Source: Bacteroidales bacterium
GTDB lineage: Bacteria > Bacteroidota > Bacteroidia > Bacteroidales > UBA12077
Assembly (NCBI GenBank): GCA_041686375.1
Contig: JAWLEB010000004.1
Span: 45,672-109,671 of the forward strand
DNA: 64,000 nt
Direction of reading: 5' to 3'
Shown here: positions 1-9,703 of the stretch, in pieces
How the letters are laid out: each line of letters starts with the position of its first letter
How positions within the stretch are numbered: position 1 is the first letter of the stretch
Program-made: the position numbers and the translations under genes
The notes under the pieces: model-generated
Told to the model about the DNA's origin: nothing
The model's database searches: none
What the model saw: only the letters and a program-made list of their open reading frames with translations

Positions 1-68
1 AGCTCTCAGAAGATGAACAGGTCAGACGTGTGTACCTTGGAAAAAACTTCGAACTCAGAAATTTTTGA
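1..68 (+). CDS. lptB: 3' end of LPS-export ABC ATPase LptB (partial, start lies outside the window)
   Basis: Frame 3 reads LSEDEQVRRVYLGKNFELRNF then stop at 66-68. The VRRVYLG-x-x-F-x-L tail matches the conserved LptB C-terminus. Confidence 0.55.
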   Translation, partial: LSEDEQVRRVYLGKNFELRNF

Positions 69-290
69 CATTTTATACAGATAAAGCAGAATCGTCCTAT
101 CAATCCACATAATATCAGCATAACATTATTAAAGATTCAAAATAAGACTGTAAGACTTGTTGAACTTGAAAATAAGAATTAATCTTAGCTCTGTAAAATA
201 AAAATGGATTCTATTCCTATCCAACTGGATTTTTTAAATACAAAAAGTTTTTATTTTAAAAATTTACCTATATTTGCACCACAATTTTTT

Positions 291-372
291 GCGGATGTGG
301 CGAAATTGGTAGACGCGCTAGACTTAGGATCTAGTGCCTCCGGGCATGGGGGTTCGAGTCCCTCCATCCGCA
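291..372 (+). tRNA. tRNA-Leu (anticodon UAG), class II with long variable arm
   Basis: Cloverleaf read by eye: acceptor gcggatg/catccgc plus discriminator a; D stem gcg/cgc; anticodon stem ctaga/tctag with loop cttagga (anticodon tag); variable arm tgcc-tccg-ggca; T arm ggggg-ttcgagt-ccctc. Confidence 0.93.
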
Positions 373-383
373 CAAATGTCTGG

Positions 384-425
384 CCGCTATGTTAACCTTT
401 AGAAAGGTTATAGCGGTTTTTTTGA
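384..425 (+). terminator. Rho-independent terminator after tRNA-Leu
   Basis: Long hairpin (ccgcta...tagcgg enclosing taaccttt/aaaggtta) followed by a run of 7 T. Confidence 0.8.
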
Positions 426-458
426 ATTTTATAAAAATGAACATAAAAGAGAAGAATA

Positions 459-1844
459 ATGGATATTACAAGAGAAAACAAAGATGAACAGAATGCTGTA
501 TTAAAAGTACAGGTAAAACCAGAAGATTACCAGGAAAATGTAGATGCAGTAATAAAAGATTATAAGAAAAAAGCCAAAATGGATGGCTTCAGACAAGGAA
601 AAGTACCTGAAGGACTAATCCGCAAAATGTACGGAAGAGCTATCAAAATTGATGAAATAAATAAAGTCGTAAGCCAGAAATTAAACGAATATATAAAGTC
701 AGAAGAACTGAAAATTTTAGGGGAACCTTTGCCAAGTGAGGAAGATAAAGAAAAAGCAATCAACTGGGATTACGACAAGGAATTCGAATTTGCTTTTGAT
801 ATAGGACTAGCGCCCGAAGTTGAAGTTAAAATTTCAAAACATGACAAAGTTCCATATTACAAGATTACAATAACCGAAGACCTTATTGAAGAACAAAAGG
901 AAAATTATAAATCCCGTATGGGTGAATTCAAAGACGTTGAGCAAGTAACCGATAAAGAAGAGTTGCTTAAGGCAGATTTAACGGAATTGGACGAGAACGG
1001 AAATGTTAAGGAAGAAGGCATATTCAAAGAAAATGTATCATTATCTCTGTCAGTCATAAAAGAGGAAGAAATAAAGAAACAATTTGAAGATGCAAAACCA
1101 GAGGCAGAGATTGAAATTGACCTAAAGAAGGCTTATCCCAATGAAACGGAGCTTTCTTCATTACTTGAAGTAAATAAAGAAGAACTGTCCAATATTTCAG
1201 ACAAATTCAGAATCTTCATCAATGAAATAAAGAAATTTGAAAAAGCAGAAATCAATCAGGAATTCTTTGATAAATTATATGGTGAAGGTAATGTAACTTC
1301 TGAGGAAGAGTTTAATGAAAAAATCAAAGAAGATCTTCAGGAACAGTTTAAACCGGAAAGTGAAAGAAAATTACATATAGACATCAAAGAACACTTTGTA
1401 AGAAAAATCAATCCAAAACTACCCTCAAAGTTTCTGAAGAGATGGCTGAAGGCTACACAACAAAACGAAAATTTAACTGAAGATCAAATAGACAATGAAT
1501 TTCCTCACTTTGAAGAAGATGTAAAATGGGACTTGATTAAAAATCAAATTATCGAAAATAACGAAATCAAAGTAGAAGAACAGGAAGTGCTTGACCTTGC
1601 AAAAAGATTAACCCAGCAGCAATTTCAACAATACGGGATGATGAATTTCCCGGAAGAACAACTGGAACAGTATGCAAAACAATTGCTGAGCAATGAAGAG
1701 CAGAAAAGGAAAATACATGATCAAAAGTATGAAGAAAAAGTAATTGAACATATTAAAGAAAATATCAAACTCAACGAAAAGGAGGTAACCCTCGAAGAAT
1801 TCAAAAAGCAGGTAGAGGGAGACCAAAATAAACAATCCAGCTAA
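459..1844 (+). CDS. tig: Trigger factor
   Basis: 461 aa with the GFRQGKVP ribosome-binding signature near the N-terminus and acidic/lysine-rich composition. Lies in canonical tig-clpP-clpX synteny. Confidence 0.93.
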   Translation: MDITRENKDEQNAVLKVQVKPEDYQENVDAVIKDYKKKAKMDGFRQGKVPEGLIRKMYGRAIKIDEINKVVSQKLNEYIKSEELKILGEPLPSEEDKEKAINWDYDKEFEFAFDIGLAPEVEVKISKHDKVPYYKITITEDLIEEQKENYKSRMGEFKDVEQVTDKEELLKADLTELDENGNVKEEGIFKENVSLSLSVIKEEEIKKQFEDAKPEAEIEIDLKKAYPNETELSSLLEVNKEELSNISDKFRIFINEIKKFEKAEINQEFFDKLYGEGNVTSEEEFNEKIKEDLQEQFKPESERKLHIDIKEHFVRKINPKLPSKFLKRWLKATQQNENLTEDQIDNEFPHFEEDVKWDLIKNQIIENNEIKVEEQEVLDLAKRLTQQQFQQYGMMNFPEEQLEQYAKQLLSNEEQKRKIHDQKYEEKVIEHIKENIKLNEKEVTLEEFKKQVEGDQNKQSS

Positions 1845-1878
1845 TTCGTTGTCTTAACATTAATTAAAAAGGGAAAAA

Positions 1879-2577
1879 ATGGACTCAAGTAAAGAATTCA
1901 AAAAATATGCAACCAAACACTTAGGAATAAGTAGTATGGCTCTTGACCAGTACAGTTCGGTCTATAACAACTATATCTCTCCGACCATCATTGAAGAAAG
2001 GCAACTCAATGTTGCTCAAATGGATGTTTTCTCCCGGCTTATGATGGACAGGATTATTTTCCTGGGAGTTCCGATTAATGACCATGTTGCTAACATTATC
2101 CAGGCTCAGTTATTATTTTTAGAATCGGCCGATCCGGCGAAGGATATACAAATATATCTCAATAGCCCTGGTGGCGCCGTTCATTCAGGATTAGGAATTT
2201 ACGACACCATGCAATATATCACACCTGATGTTGCAACAATTTGTACAGGAATGGCTGCCTCTATGGGAGCAGTTCTGCTGGCAGCAGGTACACCAGGTAA
2301 ACGCTCTGCATTACCGCATTCGCGTGTCATGATTCACCAACCAATGGGAGGAGCCGAAGGTGCGGCAGCAGATATTGAAATTACGGCAAGAGAGATTTTG
2401 AAGTTAAAAAAAGAACTATACAATATCATTGCAAAACACAGCGGGAACACATACAAAAAAATTGAAAAAGATTCAGACAGAGACTACTGGATGACCGCGG
2501 AAGAAGCAAAAAAATACGGAATGGTCGACGAAGTATTGGAAAGGAAGACTGAATTAAAAGAACAAAAAGAAGAATAA
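1879..2577 (+). CDS. clpP: ATP-dependent Clp protease proteolytic subunit
   Basis: 232 aa with GMAASMGA (catalytic Ser) and MIHQP (His) motifs. Confidence 0.96.
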   Translation: MDSSKEFKKYATKHLGISSMALDQYSSVYNNYISPTIIEERQLNVAQMDVFSRLMMDRIIFLGVPINDHVANIIQAQLLFLESADPAKDIQIYLNSPGGAVHSGLGIYDTMQYITPDVATICTGMAASMGAVLLAAGTPGKRSALPHSRVMIHQPMGGAEGAAADIEITAREILKLKKELYNIIAKHSGNTYKKIEKDSDRDYWMTAEEAKKYGMVDEVLERKTELKEQKEE

Positions 2578-2604
2578 AACTTTTTAATAATAAACACATA
2601 AAAT

Positions 2605-2642
2605 AAAACCTGCATGGATATTGTAGCAGGTTTTATTTTTTA
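2605..2642 (+). terminator. Rho-independent terminator between clpP and clpX
   Basis: Hairpin aaaacctgc / gcaggtttt followed by a T-rich tail. Confidence 0.65.
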
Positions 2643-2680
2643 ATCAGAAAATTAATAAGTAACTTAGTACGTTCAATTTA

Positions 2681-3925
2681 GTGAAAAAGAATAGAAAAGA
2701 GATTATGGAAAAGTGTTCATTTTGTGGAAGAGATAAGAAAGACACAAATTTATTGATTGCAGGAATTTCAGGACATATTTGCGATCGATGTATCGAACAG
2801 GCTCATAACATAGTTCAGGAAGAGGTCAAGAAAAAAAGTGATTTCAACATAGATGATGTTGAATTACTCAAACCTATTGAAATAAATAAATTTCTTAATC
2901 AATATGTTATAGGACAGGAAGAAGCGAAAAAGACCCTGTCTGTTGCTGTGTACAATCATTACAAAAGGTTAATGTACAATGAAAATGGCAAACAGGACGA
3001 TATAGAAATTGAAAAATCCAATATTATTTTAGTTGGCGAAACAGGAACTGGGAAAACTCTACTTGCCCGAACGATAGCAAGAATGCTGCAAGTTCCTTTT
3101 ACAATTGTTGATGCCACTGTACTTACTGAAGCCGGCTATGTTGGTGAAGATATAGAGAGCATTCTGTCAAGACTGTTACAAGTTGCTGATTATAATGTAG
3201 AAGCGGCGGAACGAGGTATCGTTTTTATTGATGAAATCGATAAGATAGCACGTAAAGGAGACAACCCATCAATAACAAGAGATGTATCCGGAGAAGGTGT
3301 ACAACAGGGATTGCTAAAACTTCTGGAAGGTTCTGCAATAAATGTTCCTCCTCAAGGGGGACGTAAACATCCTGACCAAAAAATGATACAGGTAAATACA
3401 AACAATATCCTGTTTATTTGTGGCGGTGCTTTCGATGGTATTGAAAAAAAAATAGGACAAAGACTCAACACCCAAGTTGTGGGTTATTCTGCAAGCAAAC
3501 AAAAAGAAAAAATTGATCGTAATAATCTTCTGCAGTATATTGCCCCACAAGATTTGAAAGCTTACGGTTTAATACCGGAAATTATAGGAAGATTGCCGGT
3601 GCTTACTTATCTCAATCAGCTTGATAAAGAAGCATTAAGAGCAATTCTAACAGAGCCCAAAAACTCTATTGTTAAACAATATGAAAAGCTTTTTGAACTG
3701 GATGGTATTCAACTGAAATTTCAGGATGAAGTACTGGATTATATTGTTGATAAAGCCATAGAGTTTAAGCTGGGAGCACGTGGCCTAAGATCAATTTGCG
3801 AAGCAGTCATGAGAGACGTAATGTACGAAACGCCCTCAAAAAAGGAAAATGAAATAGAGGTAACGCTCAATTTTGCGAAAGATAAGCTGGGAAAAGTCAA
3901 TATGCACAGATTAAAAGTGGCATAA
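2681..3925 (+). CDS. clpX: ATP-dependent Clp protease ATP-binding subunit ClpX
   Basis: N-terminal zinc finger CSFCGR...CDRC, Walker A GETGTGKT, Walker B FIDEIDK. The ORF opens with GTG at 2681; an alternative ATG lies at 2705. Confidence 0.95.
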   Translation: MKKNRKEIMEKCSFCGRDKKDTNLLIAGISGHICDRCIEQAHNIVQEEVKKKSDFNIDDVELLKPIEINKFLNQYVIGQEEAKKTLSVAVYNHYKRLMYNENGKQDDIEIEKSNIILVGETGTGKTLLARTIARMLQVPFTIVDATVLTEAGYVGEDIESILSRLLQVADYNVEAAERGIVFIDEIDKIARKGDNPSITRDVSGEGVQQGLLKLLEGSAINVPPQGGRKHPDQKMIQVNTNNILFICGGAFDGIEKKIGQRLNTQVVGYSASKQKEKIDRNNLLQYIAPQDLKAYGLIPEIIGRLPVLTYLNQLDKEALRAILTEPKNSIVKQYEKLFELDGIQLKFQDEVLDYIVDKAIEFKLGARGLRSICEAVMRDVMYETPSKKENEIEVTLNFAKDKLGKVNMHRLKVA

Positions 3926-4154
3926 AAAGATAAAACTATACTAAAACCAAAGGAGATAAGACCGCTTCTGATAAAGTTTTCCAAAAGTACGTCAGCTATG
4001 GTATTATAGCAGCAATTATAATGTTTCTTCTATAATTAGGGTTTTTACATTTAGGCGTGTAGTTTTTTAAAAAAGGTAGTCATCAATGCTAAAAGTTAAG
4101 AGGTGTGCCACAATTCTTACTTCATTTACATAACCAATTCCAAAAATTAGCAGG

Positions 4155-4604
4155 TCAAAATTTTTCCACAAAGGATAGCATAACAACTGCTAGCCCTTCT
4201 TTGCCATCTTCAAATTCCACAAAAAGGTGGTAGGCTCCCGTTTTTTGACATTTAAAATCAAATGAATCATGAATTTCTCCCGTTGAAACAACATAATTCG
4301 AACCAATTAATTTATTGCTATCGTATACTTTTACAACAGCTTCACCGGCATAATCCTTTGAACTGCATATTGTGAAACGATAATGTGTGTTTTTTCTAAG
4401 TACAATCGAATTTTTTTGCTGAGGAGGATCTTCTCCTGCAGGGGCGGAACTTAGCTTAATATTAAAGTCTTTTAAATATTTAACATCATCATCCATCTGT
4501 TTGCAAATATCCACTAATTCCTCGCCCGTTTGTGCTTTGGATTCCGAAATAGTAAAAAAAGAAAATAGTGCCGTCAGTATGATCAAAATATAGAAATTCT
4601 TCAT
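4155..4604 (-). CDS. Hypothetical secreted protein (149 aa)
   Basis: N-terminal signal peptide ending SESKAQ. No recognisable motif. The start is 1 nt after the stop of the upstream lipoprotein gene. Confidence 0.6.
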   Translation of the reverse strand: MKNFYILIILTALFSFFTISESKAQTGEELVDICKQMDDDVKYLKDFNIKLSSAPAGEDPPQQKNSIVLRKNTHYRFTICSSKDYAGEAVVKVYDSNKLIGSNYVVSTGEIHDSFDFKCQKTGAYHLFVEFEDGKEGLAVVMLSFVEKF

Positions 4605-4605
4605 A

Positions 4606-5514
4606 TTATGGATTGATTAATGTATTTCTCACTTGTATGGTTTCATCAATGATGTCTTTCAATAATTCATCAGAGATATCCACTGTACTTTTAGTATTTT
4701 GGACAATAACCAGCTTCCCGTCGACAACTTCGCTTGTTGATTCACCCTGTTCTATATTGATTTTTACTTTTCTAAAGTGTTCATAAAGGTCATGATAGCC
4801 TTCTATCAATTTAGCAAAATCCGGATTATTCTCAAAATTTTCCAGTAGAATCATCAGGTCGCTTATCATAATCTTTTGTTCTCCAATAGACTCTCTAAGT
4901 TCCGGATCCGGTTCGGATTGATATACTTTACAACTTAGGTATAATCCTTCCAGCCAAACACCTGCAATCATTAAAGAGCTCAGATGGCTTCTGTTATTTT
5001 CCCTGAGATAGTCATCCATCTGGTTGAAATTGCGTTGTGAAAGATATATCAGGGAATCAATATTCTCATTGTTGGAGGCTAATCTCTTTAGGGTCTGGAA
5101 ATTAAAAAATTGTCCCACCCTTATTTTATTGGCTAATTTTCTAATTGAAGTAAGATAATCAATTGCAATGGATGTTTTGGAGTACATATTCAGGTAGCCA
5201 AGATCAGCTCCAAAAAATCCAAGAGCAATAGCTTGTTTCAGATTTGTATCGTATTTATCAATATTGTCTGTAGTCGCAAGATATTCTTTTGAAAAAGGAA
5301 CATTCAATTTTTTAATTAAGGCAGCAGTTTCTATGGGAGAAGAAATATTATCTGTAATATTTTTCATCGCTTCATCCGAGACTTCGCGTAAGCCCTTATT
5401 CATGACAGAATCCGGAACATCAAAATCGTCTCCGTACTCATTCTGGTTGGACTTTCTGCATGCCGAAAAGACAAGGGTAATGAACAACAGACTAAGAATA
5501 AATTTTCTATTCAT
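4606..5514 (-). CDS. Hypothetical lipoprotein (302 aa)
   Basis: Signal peptide with lipobox-like VFSAC. The rest looks helical and matches no family I recognise. Confidence 0.65.
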   Translation of the reverse strand: MNRKFILSLLFITLVFSACRKSNQNEYGDDFDVPDSVMNKGLREVSDEAMKNITDNISSPIETAALIKKLNVPFSKEYLATTDNIDKYDTNLKQAIALGFFGADLGYLNMYSKTSIAIDYLTSIRKLANKIRVGQFFNFQTLKRLASNNENIDSLIYLSQRNFNQMDDYLRENNRSHLSSLMIAGVWLEGLYLSCKVYQSEPDPELRESIGEQKIMISDLMILLENFENNPDFAKLIEGYHDLYEHFRKVKINIEQGESTSEVVDGKLVIVQNTKSTVDISDELLKDIIDETIQVRNTLINP

Positions 5515-5573
5515 ATTTACTCCGAAGTGATTTATACAAAAATAAAATTATAAATCGTAAATTTAAAAAATTA

Positions 5574-8500
5574 TTATTTATTAAGAAATTTTAATTTTCT
5601 AATATCTATTTTCTGTGGCAAATTAAGCAATCTGTAAAGCACCTGATAGTAAAGCGTTATATATAATATTATTGCCATAAGAATAATTATTCCAAGGTTA
5701 AACCCGAAAGTTCCGAAAAAATACCCCATAAAGTGTTTTCGGGGCGCATAAAAATGTGAGCGAAAATTAAAATAACCATCAACTGTTGGCTCCTTATATA
5801 TAGGGTCAACATGTTGAATCAGTCTATTCTTGTCCCTTATTATTTTATTTTTTTCGTAAACTTTTTTCACATTATCTTCTATGCTTTCATTGGAATAATC
5901 CTCCTTCAGTTTACGATATTTTTTCCTATTTTGCTTAAGCATATAACTTTTCATGTTGTTCAACTGGGTATTTGCCTTATTGAACTGATCAGAATAAAAA
6001 CTGTCGATAATACCAAGATAGTTTTGGGCTTCATTCATAACAGCCTCATTGATATCTTTAATATTAATTTGTTCCAAGTATTCAAAATTGTGTCCTGTAT
6101 TGTCTGCTTCAATTCTAATCTCATTTCGCACCAATGCAAGGTCTTGTTTTAGTTGTTCTCCTATCTCCGGGTCATCAGCTTGATTAATATTTGTTTTGAT
6201 ATCTTTCAGTATTTTCTCTAATTCAGGAATAAAATATACTTGTTTATAATTGGCCTCACTTTCCTTCTTTTCAAGGTTATAGAAGCGTTTCCTGTATTCA
6301 TTATTTTTAAATTGATTAACCATCAAAGCTTCATAAGACCATTTTGTAGGCATTATTTCTGCTATTAATGGTACCTTTTCCACACTGCTTATTGAACGGT
6401 TTAGTTTGTCAAAAGGAAACATAGCACCGCTCAAAATCATCATTGGAATCATAAGAAGCGGAATAATGATGTATATTGTAACAGCCGAGTTAAATGAGGC
6501 AGAAATGTTTAAGCCTAACAAATTAGCACATACTGCAGTAATAAATAAAGCAAGCCAGTATGGGAACATCATCCCCTTTATTTCCAAAATGTTGTTGGCA
6601 ACCATAATAAACAGAAATGACTGTATGCCTGAAATTCCAATTAAAATTAATATTTTGGAAACAAGATAGCTTGATTTACTTAAATTGAGAAACTGCTCAC
6701 GTTTTAAAATTTTCCGGTCTCTGAATATTTCTTCGGCACTTACAGTAAGGCCTAAAAACAAGGCAACAATCAATGCCATGAATATAAATATAGGAATGTT
6801 TTCATTGACCCTGAAAATATATTCATTTGAGGTGGGATCTGGTATATATCTAATGATATATGATAGAATAAATCCCAGAACCGGAGCCTCAAGCATTGTA
6901 AGAGCAACGTATTGTTTATTGCTGATTTTTGAAAGGAAGTCTCGTATTGTGTATATTTTTAGCTGGCTAAACCAGTTGGGTATTTTTGTTGTGGACGGTG
7001 GAGATTCGTTTACCTCTTTGACATTTTTCATTTCCTCCAGCGGAACATTTTCATGCAGTTTTTCTTCCCATTTTTTGGGTGGTACCTTCCTCTGCTCAGT
7101 GTATTGTCCATATTCGTCAACCACTTTGGCTTCCATAATGTTGAAAATAAGCTCCGGGTTTACGTTACCACATGTCGGGCATTCACCCACTTCGCTGTTT
7201 ATTTGAGCATCCAGCTTTTTAAAGTACATTACTCCTTCTACCGGGTTACCGTAATATACCATATATCCACCTTCGTCAAGGATAATCATGTTGTCAAACA
7301 TTTTGTATATTTCTGAGGAAGGCTGGTGGATAACAACAAAGATTAGCTTTCCTTTCAGGGTAAGTTCTCTCAGGAGGTCCATTACATTTTCAGAGTCTCG
7401 TGAAGAAAGCCCGGAAGTTGGTTCATCTACGAAGAGGATTGCTGGTTCTCGTATTAGCTCTAGTGCTATATTCAGGCGTTTTCTTTGTCCTCCGCTTATA
7501 AGTTTATTCAGGGGACTACCTACTTTCAGGTCTTTTATCTCTCCAAGGCCAAGGTTGTTCAACGTTTTGTTAACGAGAGCTGTTATTTCATCCTCTGATT
7601 TATCTTTGAAGCATAATTTAGCGTTGTAATAAAGATTTTGAAATACTGTTAGCTCTTCAATCAACAAATCATCCTGAGGAATATATCCTATGACTCCTTT
7701 AATTTTTTCGTTTTCTTCATGAATGTTTATGCCGTTGATTTTTACCTTCCCGTCGGTTGGTTTGCTGTTTCCTACCAGCACATTCATAAGGGTGGTTTTT
7801 CCTGCGCCACTTGCACCCATGATACCCACAAGCTTACCCTGAGATTCTGCAAAATTGATGTTTCGAAGTCCTATAGTTCCGTTTAGAAATTGGTAGCCTA
7901 TATCTTCAGCAACAAAAGATAATTTCAGGGAAGTACTATCAGCAAGGTAGTGGGCAACAACATCGCTGTAGTAAACGGGTTTGCCTTTGGGTAATTTTAT
8001 TGAGCCGCCTTGGGCAAAAAGATATATCCGTTTGTTGTTAAGCGGCAATCCGTTAAGATAAATTTCTTCATCACCTGTATACCTGAGGAAATAAAGGTCA
8101 ACACTTTTTACATGGAGTACGAAAATATTCCCGTCAAGCGCTTCAGATTTAATATGTTTACATTTCTCATATTGCTCCTCTTTATCATTGATTATTAGAA
8201 TATTGGAGTCATCAATTTCAGAAATTTCATTATTTATAACAAACTTTTCGATGCTGGAATATTCTTCGAGACTTATTTTAAACACTTCGGCGACTGTGTT
8301 AATAATCGCCATTCTTTGTTCCGTGAATTTACGATCGGCATTTACCAGTTCAAACAGCCTCACCAGCACAATAACCTTTTGTTTCTGTGTTAATGTCTTA
8401 TTAATTTTTTTACACAGGCCGAGAATTCTTACAGAATCTTTAACTGATGTAAGTTTTCTTTTTTGGGATTTATCTTCGAGGTTATTGGGGCCGGTATAAC

Positions 8501-8666
8501 CTGCCTTTTTATCAAACAAGGCAATGTATTCCTGAATAGCCTCATCATTCAACTGTTGTGTAAGAAAGTTCAGAACATATTCCCTTTCATTCGATTCTAC
8601 ACCATCATCTTGTTTTGCGATAATCGCAAAAAGTTGCATTAAGGCTTTTAAAATCTCTTCACTCAT
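5574..8666 (-). CDS. Fused ABC transporter ATPase/permease (ABCG/ABC-2 type) with an N-terminal TerB-like domain
   Basis: 1030 aa. Walker A GASGAGKTT, Q-loop YIPQDD, signature ISGGQRKR, Walker B ILFVDEPTSGLS, H-loop VIHQPS. C-terminal multi-TM ABC-2-like region with a long loop before the last TM. N-terminus has an AIIAKQDDGVESNEREYV pattern typical of TerB-like helical domains. Confidence 0.85.
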   Translation of the reverse strand: MSEEILKALMQLFAIIAKQDDGVESNEREYVLNFLTQQLNDEAIQEYIALFDKKAGYTGPNNLEDKSQKRKLTSVKDSVRILGLCKKINKTLTQKQKVIVLVRLFELVNADRKFTEQRMAIINTVAEVFKISLEEYSSIEKFVINNEISEIDDSNILIINDKEEQYEKCKHIKSEALDGNIFVLHVKSVDLYFLRYTGDEEIYLNGLPLNNKRIYLFAQGGSIKLPKGKPVYYSDVVAHYLADSTSLKLSFVAEDIGYQFLNGTIGLRNINFAESQGKLVGIMGASGAGKTTLMNVLVGNSKPTDGKVKINGINIHEENEKIKGVIGYIPQDDLLIEELTVFQNLYYNAKLCFKDKSEDEITALVNKTLNNLGLGEIKDLKVGSPLNKLISGGQRKRLNIALELIREPAILFVDEPTSGLSSRDSENVMDLLRELTLKGKLIFVVIHQPSSEIYKMFDNMIILDEGGYMVYYGNPVEGVMYFKKLDAQINSEVGECPTCGNVNPELIFNIMEAKVVDEYGQYTEQRKVPPKKWEEKLHENVPLEEMKNVKEVNESPPSTTKIPNWFSQLKIYTIRDFLSKISNKQYVALTMLEAPVLGFILSYIIRYIPDPTSNEYIFRVNENIPIFIFMALIVALFLGLTVSAEEIFRDRKILKREQFLNLSKSSYLVSKILILIGISGIQSFLFIMVANNILEIKGMMFPYWLALFITAVCANLLGLNISASFNSAVTIYIIIPLLMIPMMILSGAMFPFDKLNRSISSVEKVPLIAEIMPTKWSYEALMVNQFKNNEYRKRFYNLEKKESEANYKQVYFIPELEKILKDIKTNINQADDPEIGEQLKQDLALVRNEIRIEADNTGHNFEYLEQINIKDINEAVMNEAQNYLGIIDSFYSDQFNKANTQLNNMKSYMLKQNRKKYRKLKEDYSNESIEDNVKKVYEKNKIIRDKNRLIQHVDPIYKEPTVDGYFNFRSHFYAPRKHFMGYFFGTFGFNLGIIILMAIILYITLYYQVLYRLLNLPQKIDIRKLKFLNK

Positions 8667-8696
8667 AGGCTAACCGGACAACATCAATTTACACCA

Positions 8697-9077
8697 CTAT
8701 AAAACGTAACTAACTTGTTCAAACGGAATATCTACTATGTCTGCATACTCTTCTCCGGCTTCTTCCATGTCTTCATCATCTTCCGGAAAATACCATTTGA
8801 TAAGAACGTCGTTTCCATCTTCATATAATTCCTCCAACTTCATAAGTATATCCAGAAGGAGCTTAGAAGAAGCTGTATTGAAATATACAAGTTTGAATGA
8901 GAAAACAGTTTTTGAATTTGGGTTTTCTGCATATTCATCGAGCCAGTTAAGGATAGGTTCATAGAATGTTGTTACATCCTCCGGTAATGACCTTCCGGAA
9001 ATTTCAAATATTTCATTGTCTTTGTCTAAAATAACGCTGGGAGTATCGTCTGTTCCTTTTATTTTTATTACTTCCAT
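8697..9077 (-). CDS. DUF1987 / SiaC-family regulatory phosphoprotein
   Basis: 126 aa with GTDDTPSV...ISGRSLPED...FY.PIL.WL and YFNTASSK motifs characteristic of DUF1987. Adjacent to a SiaB-like kinase and a PP2C phosphatase. Confidence 0.8.
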   Translation of the reverse strand: MEVIKIKGTDDTPSVILDKDNEIFEISGRSLPEDVTTFYEPILNWLDEYAENPNSKTVFSFKLVYFNTASSKLLLDILMKLEELYEDGNDVLIKWYFPEDDEDMEEAGEEYADIVDIPFEQVSYVL

Positions 9078-9091
9078 AATTCAAATTTTTA

Positions 9092-9667
9092 TTAAATGTT
9101 TCTAGAAATAGATGAAGAAAGAAGAAAAAATGAGCTTGTTTCATCAATTGGCAAAAAATGGTATTCCAGTTTGTTGCCTGTTTTTCTTGCGATATCAATA
9201 AAGCCTAAGCCTGCACCACCTTTGGCAGACAGCCTGCCCTCTCTCATTTGTTTTTTGTACAAATCTTTTAAGCCGTCTTTGTCAAGGCTGTTTATTTCCT
9301 CAAGCATTTCGGTTAATTCTTCGATCTTTCGATTCTCTATTACATTACCCGTGGTTACATGATAGTCCAGTTTCCCTTTACTAACCATAAAAATTCCCCT
9401 GCCAGCAAAGAGATAATCGTCAGAACCAAATGTATCGGCATGTTTACTGATGTTTTGTAAACATTCGACCATGACATGGAAGACCTTCTTCTGAACAGTA
9501 TTGGATTCTTCTTCTTTGGCCATATTAGACTCTGTTAGAGAAGTAAACGCTTTTGTAATTTGGTGAGTTATTTCTCCTTCATAAACCAGAGTTATTTCAT
9601 GAGCCTTCATTGATCGGTAGAAGTCATATACGAATTCAAGAAAGCCTTTCACATTGTGTTTATCCAT
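9092..9667 (-). CDS. SiaB-family (anti-sigma-kinase-like, HATPase fold) protein kinase
   Basis: 191 aa with a C-terminal GGAGLGFIDIARK ATP-lid-like motif. Sits between the PP2C phosphatase and the DUF1987 gene, as in SiaABC. Confidence 0.7.
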   Translation of the reverse strand: MDKHNVKGFLEFVYDFYRSMKAHEITLVYEGEITHQITKAFTSLTESNMAKEEESNTVQKKVFHVMVECLQNISKHADTFGSDDYLFAGRGIFMVSKGKLDYHVTTGNVIENRKIEELTEMLEEINSLDKDGLKDLYKKQMREGRLSAKGGAGLGFIDIARKTGNKLEYHFLPIDETSSFFLLSSSISRNI

Positions 9668-9703
9668 AACATAAGTGTAGTTTAGTTAAACAAAGTAAAT
9701 ATA

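Noticed and set aside
204-395. 63-aa ORF in the track
   Set aside because: It runs straight through the tRNA-Leu gene (291-372). The cloverleaf is unambiguous, so the ORF is spurious.
9013-9198. 61-aa ORF spanning the siaB-like / DUF1987 junction
   Set aside because: It overlaps both well-supported genes in another frame on the same strand and has a low-complexity translation.
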